Shown in pieces: positions 29,692-39,043 of a stretch of 64,000 bases of DNA. A program made the position numbers and the translations under genes. The stretch's first letter is position 1. Each line of letters opens with the position of its first letter. The DNA lies in the NCBI GenBank assembly GCA_964365185.1, contig CAYIOP010000001.1, positions 180,579 to 244,578 on the forward strand, written 5' to 3'. This DNA comes from an uncultured Candidatus Saccharibacteria bacterium. GTDB lineage: Bacteria; Patescibacteriota; Minisyncoccia; UBA6257; 2-01-FULL-56-20. The notes beneath the pieces are model-generated. The model was not told the origin of the DNA. It saw only the letters and a program-made list of their open reading frames with translations, and made no database searches.

Positions 29692-29816
29692 GAACCTCCA
29701 CTAATTTCCTAAATCAATTATTATCGAAGCAGAAATTTATTGCAAGTCCACTTTTATTTCTTTTTGCCTTCGACCCTTCAAATATTTCAGGGTCTATGGG
29801 AAAGTTTATTATTATT

Positions 29817-31922
29817 CTATTTGCGCTTCCCTTCGACAATTAATTGCTCAATGTTTTTAGGAACTGACTCATAATGGTCGAATTCCATAGTGAAAGAGCC
29901 GCGGCCTTGAGTCATGGAACGAAGTTCGGTGGCATAGCCAAACATCTCAGAGAGAGGCACTTGAGCGTCAATAACCTTAACAGTGGCCCGATCACCCAAA
30001 CTTTCAACTTTACCTCGGCGAGCGTTTAAGTTGCCGGTAACATCACCCAAAAATTGGGCTGGCACCAAAACTTGGGTTTTCATAATCGGCTCTAAAATAA
30101 CCGGCTTGGCTAATTTGGCGCCTTCTTGAAAAGCAATTGAGCCAGCAATTTTGAAAGCCGCTTCAGAAGAATCAACATCATGGAATGAGCCGTCAAAAAG
30201 AGTAACTTCGACATCAATCATTGGATAATGAGCTACCACGCCTTTATCAACAGCTTCTTTAACGCCCTTTTCAACCGCTGGGATAAATTCTTTGGGAATA
30301 TCACCGCCTTTAATCGCGTCAACAAAAACAAAACCTTCGCCTCTCAAAAGGGGTTTTAACGTAAGCCAAACATGGCCATATTGACCCCGACCGCCGGACT
30401 GACGAATATATTTGCCTTCGGCTTCGGATTCGGCGGTGATGGTTTCTTTATAAGCTACCTGCGGCCGGCCGACATTGGCCTCAACGCTAAATTCTCTTTT
30501 CATTCGATCAACAATGATTTCAAGGTGAAGCTCTCCCATACCAGAGATAATAGTCTCGCCGGTTTCAAGATCGCCGCTCACTCTAAAAGTCGGGTCTTCT
30601 TCCGCCAGACGCCTTAAAGCCATGCCCATTTTTTCTTGGTCGATTTTGGTCTTCGGATCAATCCGAATGCCAATAACCGGTTCGGGGAAAATTATGCGTT
30701 CCAGAATTAAAGGATTGTCCGGAGAACAAAGGGTGTCTCCAGTAGTGGTATTTTTGAGCCCAACAATCGCGGCGATTTCACCGGCGTAGACCTCGTCCAC
30801 TTCTTCTCTTTGGTTAGCATGCATTCTTACAATCCGACCGACTCTTTCTTGTTCGCCTTTATTGGCGTTTAAAATATAACTGCCTCGTTTAATAGTGCCG
30901 GAATAATTTCTAAAATAAGTTAGGGTCCCCACGTAAGGATCAGCGGCTACTTTAAAAGCCAAAGCAGATAACGGCTCTTCATCTTTAGGATAACGCAGGA
31001 CTTCTTCCGAGGTCTTAGGGTGAAGGCCTTTGGTTGCGGACAGGTCTAAAGGAGACGGCAGATAATCAATAACCGCATCTAGAACGAACTGGACGCCTTT
31101 ATTTTTAAGAGCTGAGCCGCAAAAAACCGGCACTAACTTATTTTCAATTGTAGCTTTCCGAAGAATTCTTTTTAAATCCTCGGTTTTAATTTCTTTGCCC
31201 TCAAGATATTCGCTCATTAACGCGTCGTCGTTTTCGACAATTTTTTCAATCAGGTGATGCCTAGCTTTTTTAACGGCGTCTTCAAGATTTTGAGGAATCG
31301 GAATTTCAACAATTTTTTCTCCGTGATCGCCTTGAAATTCAAAGGCCTGATTTTTCAGAAGATCGATGACGCCACTAAAATTAGCTTCACTGCCGATTGG
31401 AAGTTCAAGCGGCACAGCATTCGGAGTTAACCGCTCGTGAATAGAGAGCAAACTTTTTTCGAAATTCGCGCCCATCCGGTCGAGTTTATTGATAAAACAA
31501 ATTCTAGGCACCTTGTATTCATCGGCGTAGTGCCAGTTTGTTTCTGATTGCGGCTCAACGCCAGCCACGCCATCAAAAACAACCACCGCGCCATCTAGAA
31601 CTCGAAGAGAACGCTTAACTTCAACAGTAAAATCAATATGGCCGGGGGTATCAATAATATTTATTCGGTGTTCAAAATTTTTATCGCCTTTTTGATAAGT
31701 CGGTGTCCAAAAAGCGGTGGTAGCGGCTGAAGTAATAGTAATACCACGCTCGCGTTCCTGTTCCATCCAATCCATCACAGTGGTGCCTTCGTGAACTTCG
31801 CCAATTTTGTGAGAAATACCGGTATAAAAAAGGACCCTCTCAGTAACGGTGGTTTTGCCGGCATCAATGTGGGCAATAATGCCAATATTTCTTATTTTTT
31901 CGATGGGGTAGGTACGAGGCAC
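29817..31922 (-). CDS. fusA: Elongation factor G
   Basis: [10 protein letters not shown]-domain and EF-G domains II-V. 701 aa. Confidence 0.95.
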   Translation of the reverse strand: MPRTYPIEKIRNIGIIAHIDAGKTTVTERVLFYTGISHKIGEVHEGTTVMDWMEQERERGITITSAATTAFWTPTYQKGDKNFEHRINIIDTPGHIDFTVEVKRSLRVLDGAVVVFDGVAGVEPQSETNWHYADEYKVPRICFINKLDRMGANFEKSLLSIHERLTPNAVPLELPIGSEANFSGVIDLLKNQAFEFQGDHGEKIVEIPIPQNLEDAVKKARHHLIEKIVENDDALMSEYLEGKEIKTEDLKRILRKATIENKLVPVFCGSALKNKGVQFVLDAVIDYLPSPLDLSATKGLHPKTSEEVLRYPKDEEPLSALAFKVAADPYVGTLTYFRNYSGTIKRGSYILNANKGEQERVGRIVRMHANQREEVDEVYAGEIAAIVGLKNTTTGDTLCSPDNPLILERIIFPEPVIGIRIDPKTKIDQEKMGMALRRLAEEDPTFRVSGDLETGETIISGMGELHLEIIVDRMKREFSVEANVGRPQVAYKETITAESEAEGKYIRQSGGRGQYGHVWLTLKPLLRGEGFVFVDAIKGGDIPKEFIPAVEKGVKEAVDKGVVAHYPMIDVEVTLFDGSFHDVDSSEAAFKIAGSIAFQEGAKLAKPVILEPIMKTQVLVPAQFLGDVTGNLNARRGKVESLGDRATVKVIDAQVPLSEMFGYATELRSMTQGRGSFTMEFDHYESVPKNIEQLIVEGKRK

Positions 31923-32012
31923 GTTAAAAATTTAAAATTTAAATATCAAAATTGAAAATGACAATGAAAAATTCAAAATAGCGAATGAATTAGACCACAT
32001 TCTAGTAACTCG

Positions 32013-32492
32013 TTATCTATTGGGACGATTGGCGAAGTGAGCAAAAGCGCGGTTGGCTTCGGCCATTCTGTGCGTGTCGAGTTTTTTCTTAATGGCCGCC
32101 CCTTCGTTTTTAGAGGCCGCAATAATTTCATTGGCTAGTTTATCTATCATGGAGATGCCTTTTTTAGACCTAGCGGACTGAATCAACCAGCGGCAAGCCA
32201 GAATAAATTTTCTCTCTGGAGCCACTTCTTGAGGAACTTGATAATTGGCGCCTCCCACTCTTTTTGAAACTACCTCTAGTAAGGGCGAAGTGTTAGCGAG
32301 GGCTTTTTCAAAAATCGTAAGCGGATCTACTTTGGTTTCTTTTTCTATTTTTTCTAAAGCCGAGTAAAAAACTTTGGCAGCGGTGCTTTTTTTGCCGTTC
32401 CAAGTTAAATAATTAATAAATCTTCCCAAATCAACGCGGTGGTATTTGAAATCGGGTTTATAGTGTTTTTTGTAAATTCTTTTTTTACGCAT
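32013..32492 (-). CDS. rpsG: 30S ribosomal protein S7
   Basis: S7 family sequence. Confidence 0.9.
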   Translation of the reverse strand: MRKKRIYKKHYKPDFKYHRVDLGRFINYLTWNGKKSTAAKVFYSALEKIEKETKVDPLTIFEKALANTSPLLEVVSKRVGGANYQVPQEVAPERKFILACRWLIQSARSKKGISMIDKLANEIIAASKNEGAAIKKKLDTHRMAEANRAFAHFANRPNR

Positions 32493-32581
32493 GTTCAGTA
32501 TTAAGTATCAAATATCATGTATCATGTATCATGTATCAAATTAGTTTTTAATTCTTGACACCTGATACCTGACACGTGACA

Positions 32582-32998
32582 CTATTTGGCTTTGGGGCGC
32601 TTAGCTCCGTACTTAGATCGTTGTTGTTTCCGGCCTTCGACACCACCGGTATCTAAAATTCCTCGCACAACGTGGTAACGCACACCTGGCAAGTCCTTAA
32701 CTCTGCCGCCTCGAATTAAAACCATCGAATGTTCTTGAAGATTGTGGCCTTCGCCGGGGATGTAAGCGGTTACTTCTGAACCGTTAGTTAAACGAATCCG
32801 GCAAACTTTTCTTAAAGCCGAATTTGGTTTTTTAGGAGTCGTGGTAAAAACCTTAAGACAAACTCCCCTTTTAAATGGAGAGGAGGAATCAAGGGGTCGA
32901 TTTTTTAAGGTATTAAAATAGAAAGACAAAGCCGGCGATTTGCTTTTAAACTTAATGGATTTTCTTCCTTTTTTAATTAATTGGTGAGTGGTGGGCAT
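32582..32998 (-). CDS. rpsL: 30S ribosomal protein S12
   Basis: S12 family sequence ([11 protein letters not shown]...). Repeat copy C lies 14 nt upstream of its ATG. Confidence 0.95.
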   Translation of the reverse strand: MPTTHQLIKKGRKSIKFKSKSPALSFYFNTLKNRPLDSSSPFKRGVCLKVFTTTPKKPNSALRKVCRIRLTNGSEVTAYIPGEGHNLQEHSMVLIRGGRVKDLPGVRYHVVRGILDTGGVEGRKQQRSKYGAKRPKAK

Positions 32999-33011
32999 AC
33001 GAATTAGGTTT

Positions 33012-33045
33012 ATCCGCCGGAGGCGGATCCGCCTTTGGTGGAAGG
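33012..33045 (+). repeat. Dispersed triple-palindrome repeat, copy C
   Basis: ATCCGCCGGAGGCGGATCCGCCTTTGGTGGAAGG. Confidence 0.7.
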
Positions 33046-33399
33046 CGTAAGGTTGTAAAATGAAACAGAAGCCTGAATGTTAAAAAAATGAACTGCCCCG
33101 TGACAGTTCAAAAAGATAAGCTTTTTTACTGTTTAGGACATTGAAGATATGTTAGGAAAAATATGGATAAGTGTCAACTGGCGCTCGTATTTTCCTCTTG
33201 GAGAGCCGGCCTCGATTTTTTTCCAGCGAAAAATCGGGCCTGCATCTCGTCCCTATGGGTCCCGCCAGGGCGGGACACCAAGCCCATCTGGGACTCCGAT
33301 AGCCTCTCCAAAAGGAAAATATTCGCGCTGGTTTATTGATTATAAAAAATGCCGCGGTTCTATTTCTAGAATCACGGCAGAAAGTTATTTTTTTAAAAT

Positions 33400-33846
33400 T
33401 TACTGGCCAATATCCTCTACGAAAGCTTTGATGTGACCGTCAAAATCAAGCACCCACCCATCTCTAAATAGACCGTCCTCTGGTTTCGGATAAGCTAAGA
33501 TTGCATAAGCTCGATAACTCGTTTCATTTCCTTCGATGGAATATTGATACTTGGCGTCCGGCGGAATCAAGACGCCAATTTTAAGGAAAGCGCCAATGTT
33601 CTTTTTATCAGCGATTCTATCTTCGCTCTCAGGAATCCAGTAAGCGCCGGCAGGATTATTCTTCTTGAATTCTTCCTCAGCTAAGTATACTTGAGTTAGA
33701 ATTTTTTTGGCCTCCGCCTGGATTGTACGCTTCGGGTTATTAACAACCCTAGGAATTACCAGGGCCGCGAGAATACCAATAATGATTATAAAAATCAATA
33801 CATTGGAAACGTAAGGAGCCCTATGAATTTCGATTTCTGAAGACAC
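33400..33846 (-). CDS. Pilin/pseudopilin-like small secreted protein (GTG start)
   Basis: The N-terminal hydrophobic helix IFIIIIGILAALVIP is followed by a pilin-like segment (AEAKKILTQVYLAEEEF). An SD AGGAGG precedes the GTG. There is no canonical G|FTLIE cleavage motif. Confidence 0.4.
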   Translation of the reverse strand: MSSEIEIHRAPYVSNVLIFIIIIGILAALVIPRVVNNPKRTIQAEAKKILTQVYLAEEEFKKNNPAGAYWIPESEDRIADKKNIGAFLKIGVLIPPDAKYQYSIEGNETSYRAYAILAYPKPEDGLFRDGWVLDFDGHIKAFVEDIGQ

Positions 33847-33980
33847 ATTTCCTCCTTCTCGTGTCTGGCGAGAAAAAAATGGTTAGAGATGGCTGATTTT
33901 TTTTCAATTTTCAAGGTCGGTATTCTTTCCCGACTGTCCTTTTTTAATTTATCATATACAGAAACTTGTGTCAAATATTT

Positions 33981-34628
33981 TTAGCCACTAAAAAAGTTGG
34001 CCATGGTTAAGAAAACTTCGGGGCCGGAAATGAAAATAAAAAGATAAGTGGCGATTTTCCAGATTATTCCGGAGAAAAGAAAGAGAAATAGAAAAACTAA
34101 GAGAATTCCGAACATACCCAGTTTTTCTATATGCACGCCGACCTTAGGAAAAATAAGCGGCAAGATTTTTGAACCGTCTAATGGCGGAATCGGCACCAAA
34201 TTAAAAATAGCCAAGATGGCGTTTAGATAAGCGATAAAGCCAAAAAGAGCGATTAAATTAGGACTTAAAAAAGCAAAGCCAAATCGAGCGATGAGACCTA
34301 AAATTAGAAGGATAAGAAGATTAGAAATGGGTCCGGCGAGCGCAACTTTTAGGGGGCCGTATTTAAAATCCTTGTGCAGGTTATAAGGGTTATAAGGAAC
34401 GGGTTTGGCCCAACCTAAAACAACCGGTGAGTGAGTGATAAATAAAATAAGAGGTAGTAAAATCGAGCCGAAGGGGTCGATGTGTTTTAAAGGATTTAAA
34501 GTTAACCGGCCTGCCATTCTGGCAGTAGAGTCACCTAATTTTTCCGCAACAAAGCCGTGCGAGATTTCGTGAATCATGACTGAAAAAATCAAAACGACAA
34601 ATTGAAAAATAATGAGGGGTAAGTCCAT
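33981..34628 (-). CDS. Site-2 protease family (peptidase M50) intramembrane metalloprotease
   Basis: HEISHG (HExxH) lies in a TM segment of a polytopic membrane protein. Confidence 0.6.
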   Translation of the reverse strand: MDLPLIIFQFVVLIFSVMIHEISHGFVAEKLGDSTARMAGRLTLNPLKHIDPFGSILLPLILFITHSPVVLGWAKPVPYNPYNLHKDFKYGPLKVALAGPISNLLILLILGLIARFGFAFLSPNLIALFGFIAYLNAILAIFNLVPIPPLDGSKILPLIFPKVGVHIEKLGMFGILLVFLFLFLFSGIIWKIATYLFIFISGPEVFLTMANFFSG

Positions 34629-34711
34629 TAGCTCAATTTTAACCCATAGAACATTTTTTGGAAAAAAACGAGGAAATGTTGTAATGTTGTAATGTTCTAA
34701 AGACTATTTTT

Positions 34712-34785
34712 GCGCCCATAGCTCAATTGGATAGAGTATCTGCCTTCGAAGCAGAGGGTTCCAGGTTCGAGTCCTGGTGGGCGCA
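34712..34785 (+). tRNA. tRNA-Arg (anticodon UCG)
   Basis: GCGCCCA acceptor, anticodon loop CT-TCG-AA, T-arm GGTTCGAGTCC. Confidence 0.8.
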
Positions 34786-34839
34786 CAAATGAAAATCTTT
34801 CCGCCATAAAGCTATAGATAGTATGTTATAATTAGTTTT

Positions 34840-35679
34840 ATGCTCAAAAAGATTCTCATTATATTTGGAATAGTAATAGTAATTTTTATAATTCGTTTCT
34901 TGATTTGGCAAAGCGGCCTGCTTATTAAAATAGCACCGACATCCGACATGGCTTCTGATGTTTCCGGATATTCTTCAAAAGTAAATACAGAAAATGTCAT
35001 ACAACAATTTTTTACCCTTAATGATGGCAGTTTTTTAATAACAAGATACGTGCATCAATATAAAATGGCAGAGGGTTTTCGAGCCTTTCCAGATGGTGGA
35101 ATTCCTTATGAACTTTTAAAAATGCACGATTTAATTAGAGTCTCAAATAAAGGAGAAATCTTGTGGCAGAAATTATTTATAGAAAATGAAGCTCCTAATT
35201 ATGACTATTCAGCTTTTTTAATAAAAAATTCTAAAAAAAGCAGAGAGGGATTTCCGAGCATTTTGAGCCTTCCGTACGCCAGCATTAATACAATTAGAGA
35301 ATGCTCACCTTCTATTATTCAACTCTCAAGAAGAAAAGAGCAAAAGATTCCGGGGCAGAGTGGATATTACGAAAAAGATTATGTATTTCTTGAATCCTTT
35401 GAACCTCAGAATGGAATTAATTTAAATATAGAAAATGGAGATATAAATTCAATTACAGATCCAAAAGATCTTTGCATAAAAGACATTCGAGAAGAAATAA
35501 CAGCTTTGAAAAGTTGTAGCCCAGAATTTAGTGACCTTAATGGAATTTCTTCTAGAAAATTTGGACTTTCCATCGCTGGTTATGACTTTAGAAGATATGG
35601 ACAATATTTGAATGAGTGTATATCCCCATTACTTAATGAAGTATCTTCACCTAGGAATATTACCTTTAGAGGAAAGTAA
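34840..35679 (+). CDS. Hypothetical membrane-anchored protein
   Basis: N-terminal TM helix. No recognisable domains. AT-rich. Confidence 0.4.
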   Translation: MLKKILIIFGIVIVIFIIRFLIWQSGLLIKIAPTSDMASDVSGYSSKVNTENVIQQFFTLNDGSFLITRYVHQYKMAEGFRAFPDGGIPYELLKMHDLIRVSNKGEILWQKLFIENEAPNYDYSAFLIKNSKKSREGFPSILSLPYASINTIRECSPSIIQLSRRKEQKIPGQSGYYEKDYVFLESFEPQNGINLNIENGDINSITDPKDLCIKDIREEITALKSCSPEFSDLNGISSRKFGLSIAGYDFRRYGQYLNECISPLLNEVSSPRNITFRGK

Positions 35680-35791
35680 TAAATTGATTTTACAGAGATC
35701 AAAAATAATCCTAATTCTCATATCTTCTAAGAAGTGCGGAATGGCTGAAATTCTTTCTGATTGAGTTCTCTAAAAAAGACCTAATAAGAAA

Positions 35792-37723
35792 CTACTTTAA
35801 AAAAATATTGACGAATGGATTTAGAATAATTCCTAAAAGAGAGGGGCTATCCAGACCGCCTTCGGTAGACGGGGGCAGAGGTATAGTTTGGAATTGGCCG
35901 TCATTGGGATAAGGAATTCCTTGTGGAGGCATGGGAAAACTGTTGGGGTCGAAATTATTTCTGTCGAAACCTGGCGGAGGAACAGATTTTTCTCCTGAAT
36001 TTTGAAGATGGGGCATTCCAGAAAATTCAGTAAAACATTTTCGAATAATTTCTTGGATTGGACCAGAGGGCTGATCACCACGGAGAAGTTTTTGAACCTC
36101 TTCTTCTTTTAAATTGCTCTTGAGACAAGCGGCCACTGGCTCGGGAAATATTCCAGTTCGGAGCATTGGCATATTTCTGCCCTGATTAGTCGGCGAATTT
36201 TGGAACATCTTTTCTTTTCTTTCTGGAGGCATAAAACCAGGACTAGATTCTCCGTAATTTCCACCTTCGTGGGGTCGAGGAGTAAACGATTCAAAACATG
36301 GCCTAATTTTGGATTCTATATCTAGTCCAGGCATCAATTCTCCGGACTTAATTTTTTCAAAATCAGCGCCTAAGTTATTACTGAAACATTCTTTAACTTC
36401 AGCCGGGGCGGTTTTAAGAAAGTCGCCAAAACCGGGGGGTGGACCGTCGAAATTCCTCTCGGAATTGTTTTGCCCTTGCCCGCCAAATTGAAAACGCGAG
36501 GCCTCAAAACAAACTCGGAAAGTATCACCCATCTCAGGTGTAAATTCTCCTGTTCCGGATTTGATTTTTTCAACATCAATCCCTTTTTCAGTTAGGCATG
36601 ACAAAACTTCCAGTGGCGCATCTTTAAACATTTCATGGGGTCTAAAACCGACACCGGATTTTTCAAAACAGGTCTTCACTTTCTCCCCTATTTCCTGGCC
36701 AGGAACGAGATTACCGCTTTCAATATTTTGAATGATATTAGAACCTAAATTTTCTTTAAGACAGGCGCGCACTTCTTCAGGCGCGTTCTTGAGGCCGGCG
36801 CGCATTCTTGAAAAACCCTCCTTGGTTTTTTGGATTTCTTCGGGTTTAATTAATCCATTTTCTTCGGCAAATTTAAAACAAGCTTGCTGATTAGCTGGAT
36901 TATTACAGTAGGTCTCGCAGGCCTGTTTACCAATACAACCGCCGGGGCCTTTGCCGCCGGTTTTTTTAATCCGGGTGGCTTCTTCTTGATTCATAAAACC
37001 AGCTTCTTCTGCAAAGGCAAGGCACGCTTCAAAATTATTTTGGTCACCGCAGAAAACATCACATTCTTTTTTTGACTTACAGCCGCCGGGGGTCTTGCCA
37101 GCTTTCATTAATTCCAGAACTTTTTTAGGCGGCACGCCATCTTTTTCACCCTTTATATCCAAACCGGCTTTTTCGGCAAAAGCGATGCATTCTTCGGCGT
37201 GATCAAAATTACCGCAGTAATTTTCACACGATTCTTTAGAGATACAGCCGCCAGGCATTTGGCCACCGGAACGAATAAACGTCTGAATTTTTTTGGCTTC
37301 TTTAAAATGGCTGTCGGTAATTTGGTTTTGTTCAGCCCAAGTGAGACAAACTTCCAAATTTTCCACCGAACTGCAAAACACTTTACAACTCTTCGGATCC
37401 GTGCAGCCGCCGGGACCGGCTTGAGTTTTCAAACTTTTGGAAAAGCGCCCGGCCCGAGCGGCCTCTGCTTCGTCCATTAAGCCGTTCTTTTTAGCAAAGA
37501 CAATGCAGGCCTCGATATTTTCTTTTTTATCACAAAAGTTTTTACACTCGGTTTTACTCGCGCAATTACCGAGCTCGGGAATTGGAAAAGTAATTTTACT
37601 TAAAATCGCCGATTCATTAATTGCATTAATATTATCTTCGGTTTGAGCTAAAGCAGAATAAAAAACAGAAAAGCCAATCAAGATAATTGAGATTGACAAC
37701 GAAACCCAGATAATTTTTTTCAT
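35792..37723 (-). CDS. Secreted Cys-rich modular repeat protein (5 x 4-Cys modules + 4 x 2-Cys modules)
   Basis: Signal peptide, then repeated PGGCxxxxxCxxFCxxxxNxExCxxFAxxxG units, then repeated APxEVxxC(L/F)...CFE units. 643 aa. Confidence 0.6.
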   Translation of the reverse strand: MKKIIWVSLSISIILIGFSVFYSALAQTEDNINAINESAILSKITFPIPELGNCASKTECKNFCDKKENIEACIVFAKKNGLMDEAEAARAGRFSKSLKTQAGPGGCTDPKSCKVFCSSVENLEVCLTWAEQNQITDSHFKEAKKIQTFIRSGGQMPGGCISKESCENYCGNFDHAEECIAFAEKAGLDIKGEKDGVPPKKVLELMKAGKTPGGCKSKKECDVFCGDQNNFEACLAFAEEAGFMNQEEATRIKKTGGKGPGGCIGKQACETYCNNPANQQACFKFAEENGLIKPEEIQKTKEGFSRMRAGLKNAPEEVRACLKENLGSNIIQNIESGNLVPGQEIGEKVKTCFEKSGVGFRPHEMFKDAPLEVLSCLTEKGIDVEKIKSGTGEFTPEMGDTFRVCFEASRFQFGGQGQNNSERNFDGPPPGFGDFLKTAPAEVKECFSNNLGADFEKIKSGELMPGLDIESKIRPCFESFTPRPHEGGNYGESSPGFMPPERKEKMFQNSPTNQGRNMPMLRTGIFPEPVAACLKSNLKEEEVQKLLRGDQPSGPIQEIIRKCFTEFSGMPHLQNSGEKSVPPPGFDRNNFDPNSFPMPPQGIPYPNDGQFQTIPLPPSTEGGLDSPSLLGIILNPFVNIFLK

Positions 37724-37734
37724 ATAATAAATAA

Positions 37735-37995
37735 TTAATCTTGGAAGGGATTTTGATAAGCGCCTTCCAGAGGATTTACGCTAGCCATATTGCCGGTTGC
37801 GGGAAGGTTTTCTCCTAAAGGGTTTTGGATTTTGGCCGAGATTTCACTGCCCAACCCGCCGGGTTGATTTGAGTTTTCAGTTTGGGCTTGAATTGGTTTT
37901 TCGGTGGTTATATTTTTATTGGAAATAAACCACCACAAAAAAATAGCGATTAAAGCGACCAGAAAAATAGAGACGACAATAACTGGTTTGTTCAT
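37735..37995 (-). CDS. Small membrane-anchored/secreted protein, co-oriented upstream partner of the Cys-rich protein
   Basis: 86 aa with an N-terminal TM helix. It lies 12 nt upstream of the 643-aa ORF. Confidence 0.4.
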   Translation of the reverse strand: MNKPVIVVSIFLVALIAIFLWWFISNKNITTEKPIQAQTENSNQPGGLGSEISAKIQNPLGENLPATGNMASVNPLEGAYQNPFQD

Positions 37996-38093
37996 AGTTT
38001 TTATTAATTTAATTTTACAGGATTTAAAAATCTAAGCATAAACTAAATTATCCCCAATTTAGAATTATCGCTTTATGGTATATAATATTTGGT

Positions 38094-38816
38094 ATGATTA
38101 AATATACTATGAAAAAGAAGATGGAAGCTAAAGAACTAAGGAAGCGGGGTATGAGCTATCGCGAGATTTCGAGTTATTTGGATATAGCTAAAAGCACAGC
38201 TAAACTCTGGTGTAAAGATGTAGAGTTGAATCAAGAGCAAAGAAAAATTTTATACAAAAAGCAAATAGAGCTAATGGCGAGAGGGCCGAATAGTAGTCGC
38301 GCAAGACGAAACAGGGAGATTGAAAAAATTCTTTCCAGCGCAGAAAAAGAGCTTAAATTACCGATTGATTCTGAAACTTACCGACTACTCGGAGCAATGA
38401 TATATTGGGGAGAAGGAGATAAAACACAGCATTTCGGTATTGCTAACTCAGATCCTTTTTTAATAAAATTCATGATTAAATGGTTAGAAGATATATTGGG
38501 TATTATGCCAAACCGCATAAAAGCTTATTTGAATATTCATTCTCAGCAGAATGATATAGAAATTAAAAAATTTTGGTCAGAATTAACTGAAATTCCCATT
38601 CAAAATTTTGGAAAGACTTTTATAAAACCGACAAATAAAAATTTTAAGAAAAATAATCTTTATTATGGAACGATTCGTATAATAATTTCGAAAGGAACTG
38701 ATTTACGCTATCGTGTTATGGGTTGGATTTCAGCTCTTCTCGCTAGTCAAAATCTTGAGGTTGAAAAAATTCAAAACAAGTGGCATAAATTAAGGGAAGA
38801 ATATAGCCGCCCATAG
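38094..38816 (+). CDS. HTH-domain protein with a LAGLIDADG-like motif (possible homing-endonuclease-like or DNA-binding mobile-element protein)
   Basis: N-terminal HTH (SYREISSYLDIAKSTAKLW). LLGAMIYWGEGDKT resembles a LAGLIDADG motif. A TATAAT lies 8 nt upstream of the ATG (leaderless). The stop codon lies inside tRNA-Lys. Confidence 0.4.
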   Translation: MIKYTMKKKMEAKELRKRGMSYREISSYLDIAKSTAKLWCKDVELNQEQRKILYKKQIELMARGPNSSRARRNREIEKILSSAEKELKLPIDSETYRLLGAMIYWGEGDKTQHFGIANSDPFLIKFMIKWLEDILGIMPNRIKAYLNIHSQQNDIEIKKFWSELTEIPIQNFGKTFIKPTNKNFKKNNLYYGTIRIIISKGTDLRYRVMGWISALLASQNLEVEKIQNKWHKLREEYSRP

Positions 38817-38880
38817 CTCAGTCTGGTAGAGCTGCTCGCTCTTAACGAGAAGGTCCCAGGTTCAAATCCTGGTGGGCGGA
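38807..38880 (+). tRNA. tRNA-Lys (anticodon CUU)
   Basis: CCGCCCA/TGGGCGG acceptor, GCTCAGTCTGGTAGAGC D-arm, anticodon loop CT-CTT-AA, T-arm GGTTCAAATCC. Confidence 0.75.
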
Positions 38881-39043
38881 CGATTAAAAAATCTTTGCTC
38901 CGTACTCGAGCTTAGATTTTTTTACCTGCCTTGCCAAAGATTCATCGAAGGCAGGAGTCCCGAGCGAGGTCGCCTTAGCGACTGACGAGGGGCTACCTAA
39001 TTATTCTGATTTCAAAAAATACCCATAAAGGTATAATTAGGGC

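Noticed and set aside
33190-33320. tmRNA / RNase P RNA / SRP RNA candidates in GC-rich intergenic segments (also 53402-53650, 27356-27644)
   Set aside because: None of the diagnostic motifs were found: GGAAAGUCCGGGC and AGGGUGAAA..GGUAAGAGCGCACC for RNase P; a tRNA-like 3' end with a tag ORF for tmRNA; GGAAGCAGCC for SRP.
33149-33436. 95-aa plus-strand ORF in the GC-rich rpsL upstream region
   Set aside because: Pro/Gly/Ser-rich translation of a GC-rich hairpin-forming segment. It has no start context. More likely structured RNA or DNA than protein.
34723-35000. Two 62-aa minus-strand ORFs overlapping tRNA-Arg and the start of the 279-aa gene
   Set aside because: They overlap a tRNA and an AT-rich promoter region. 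No support.
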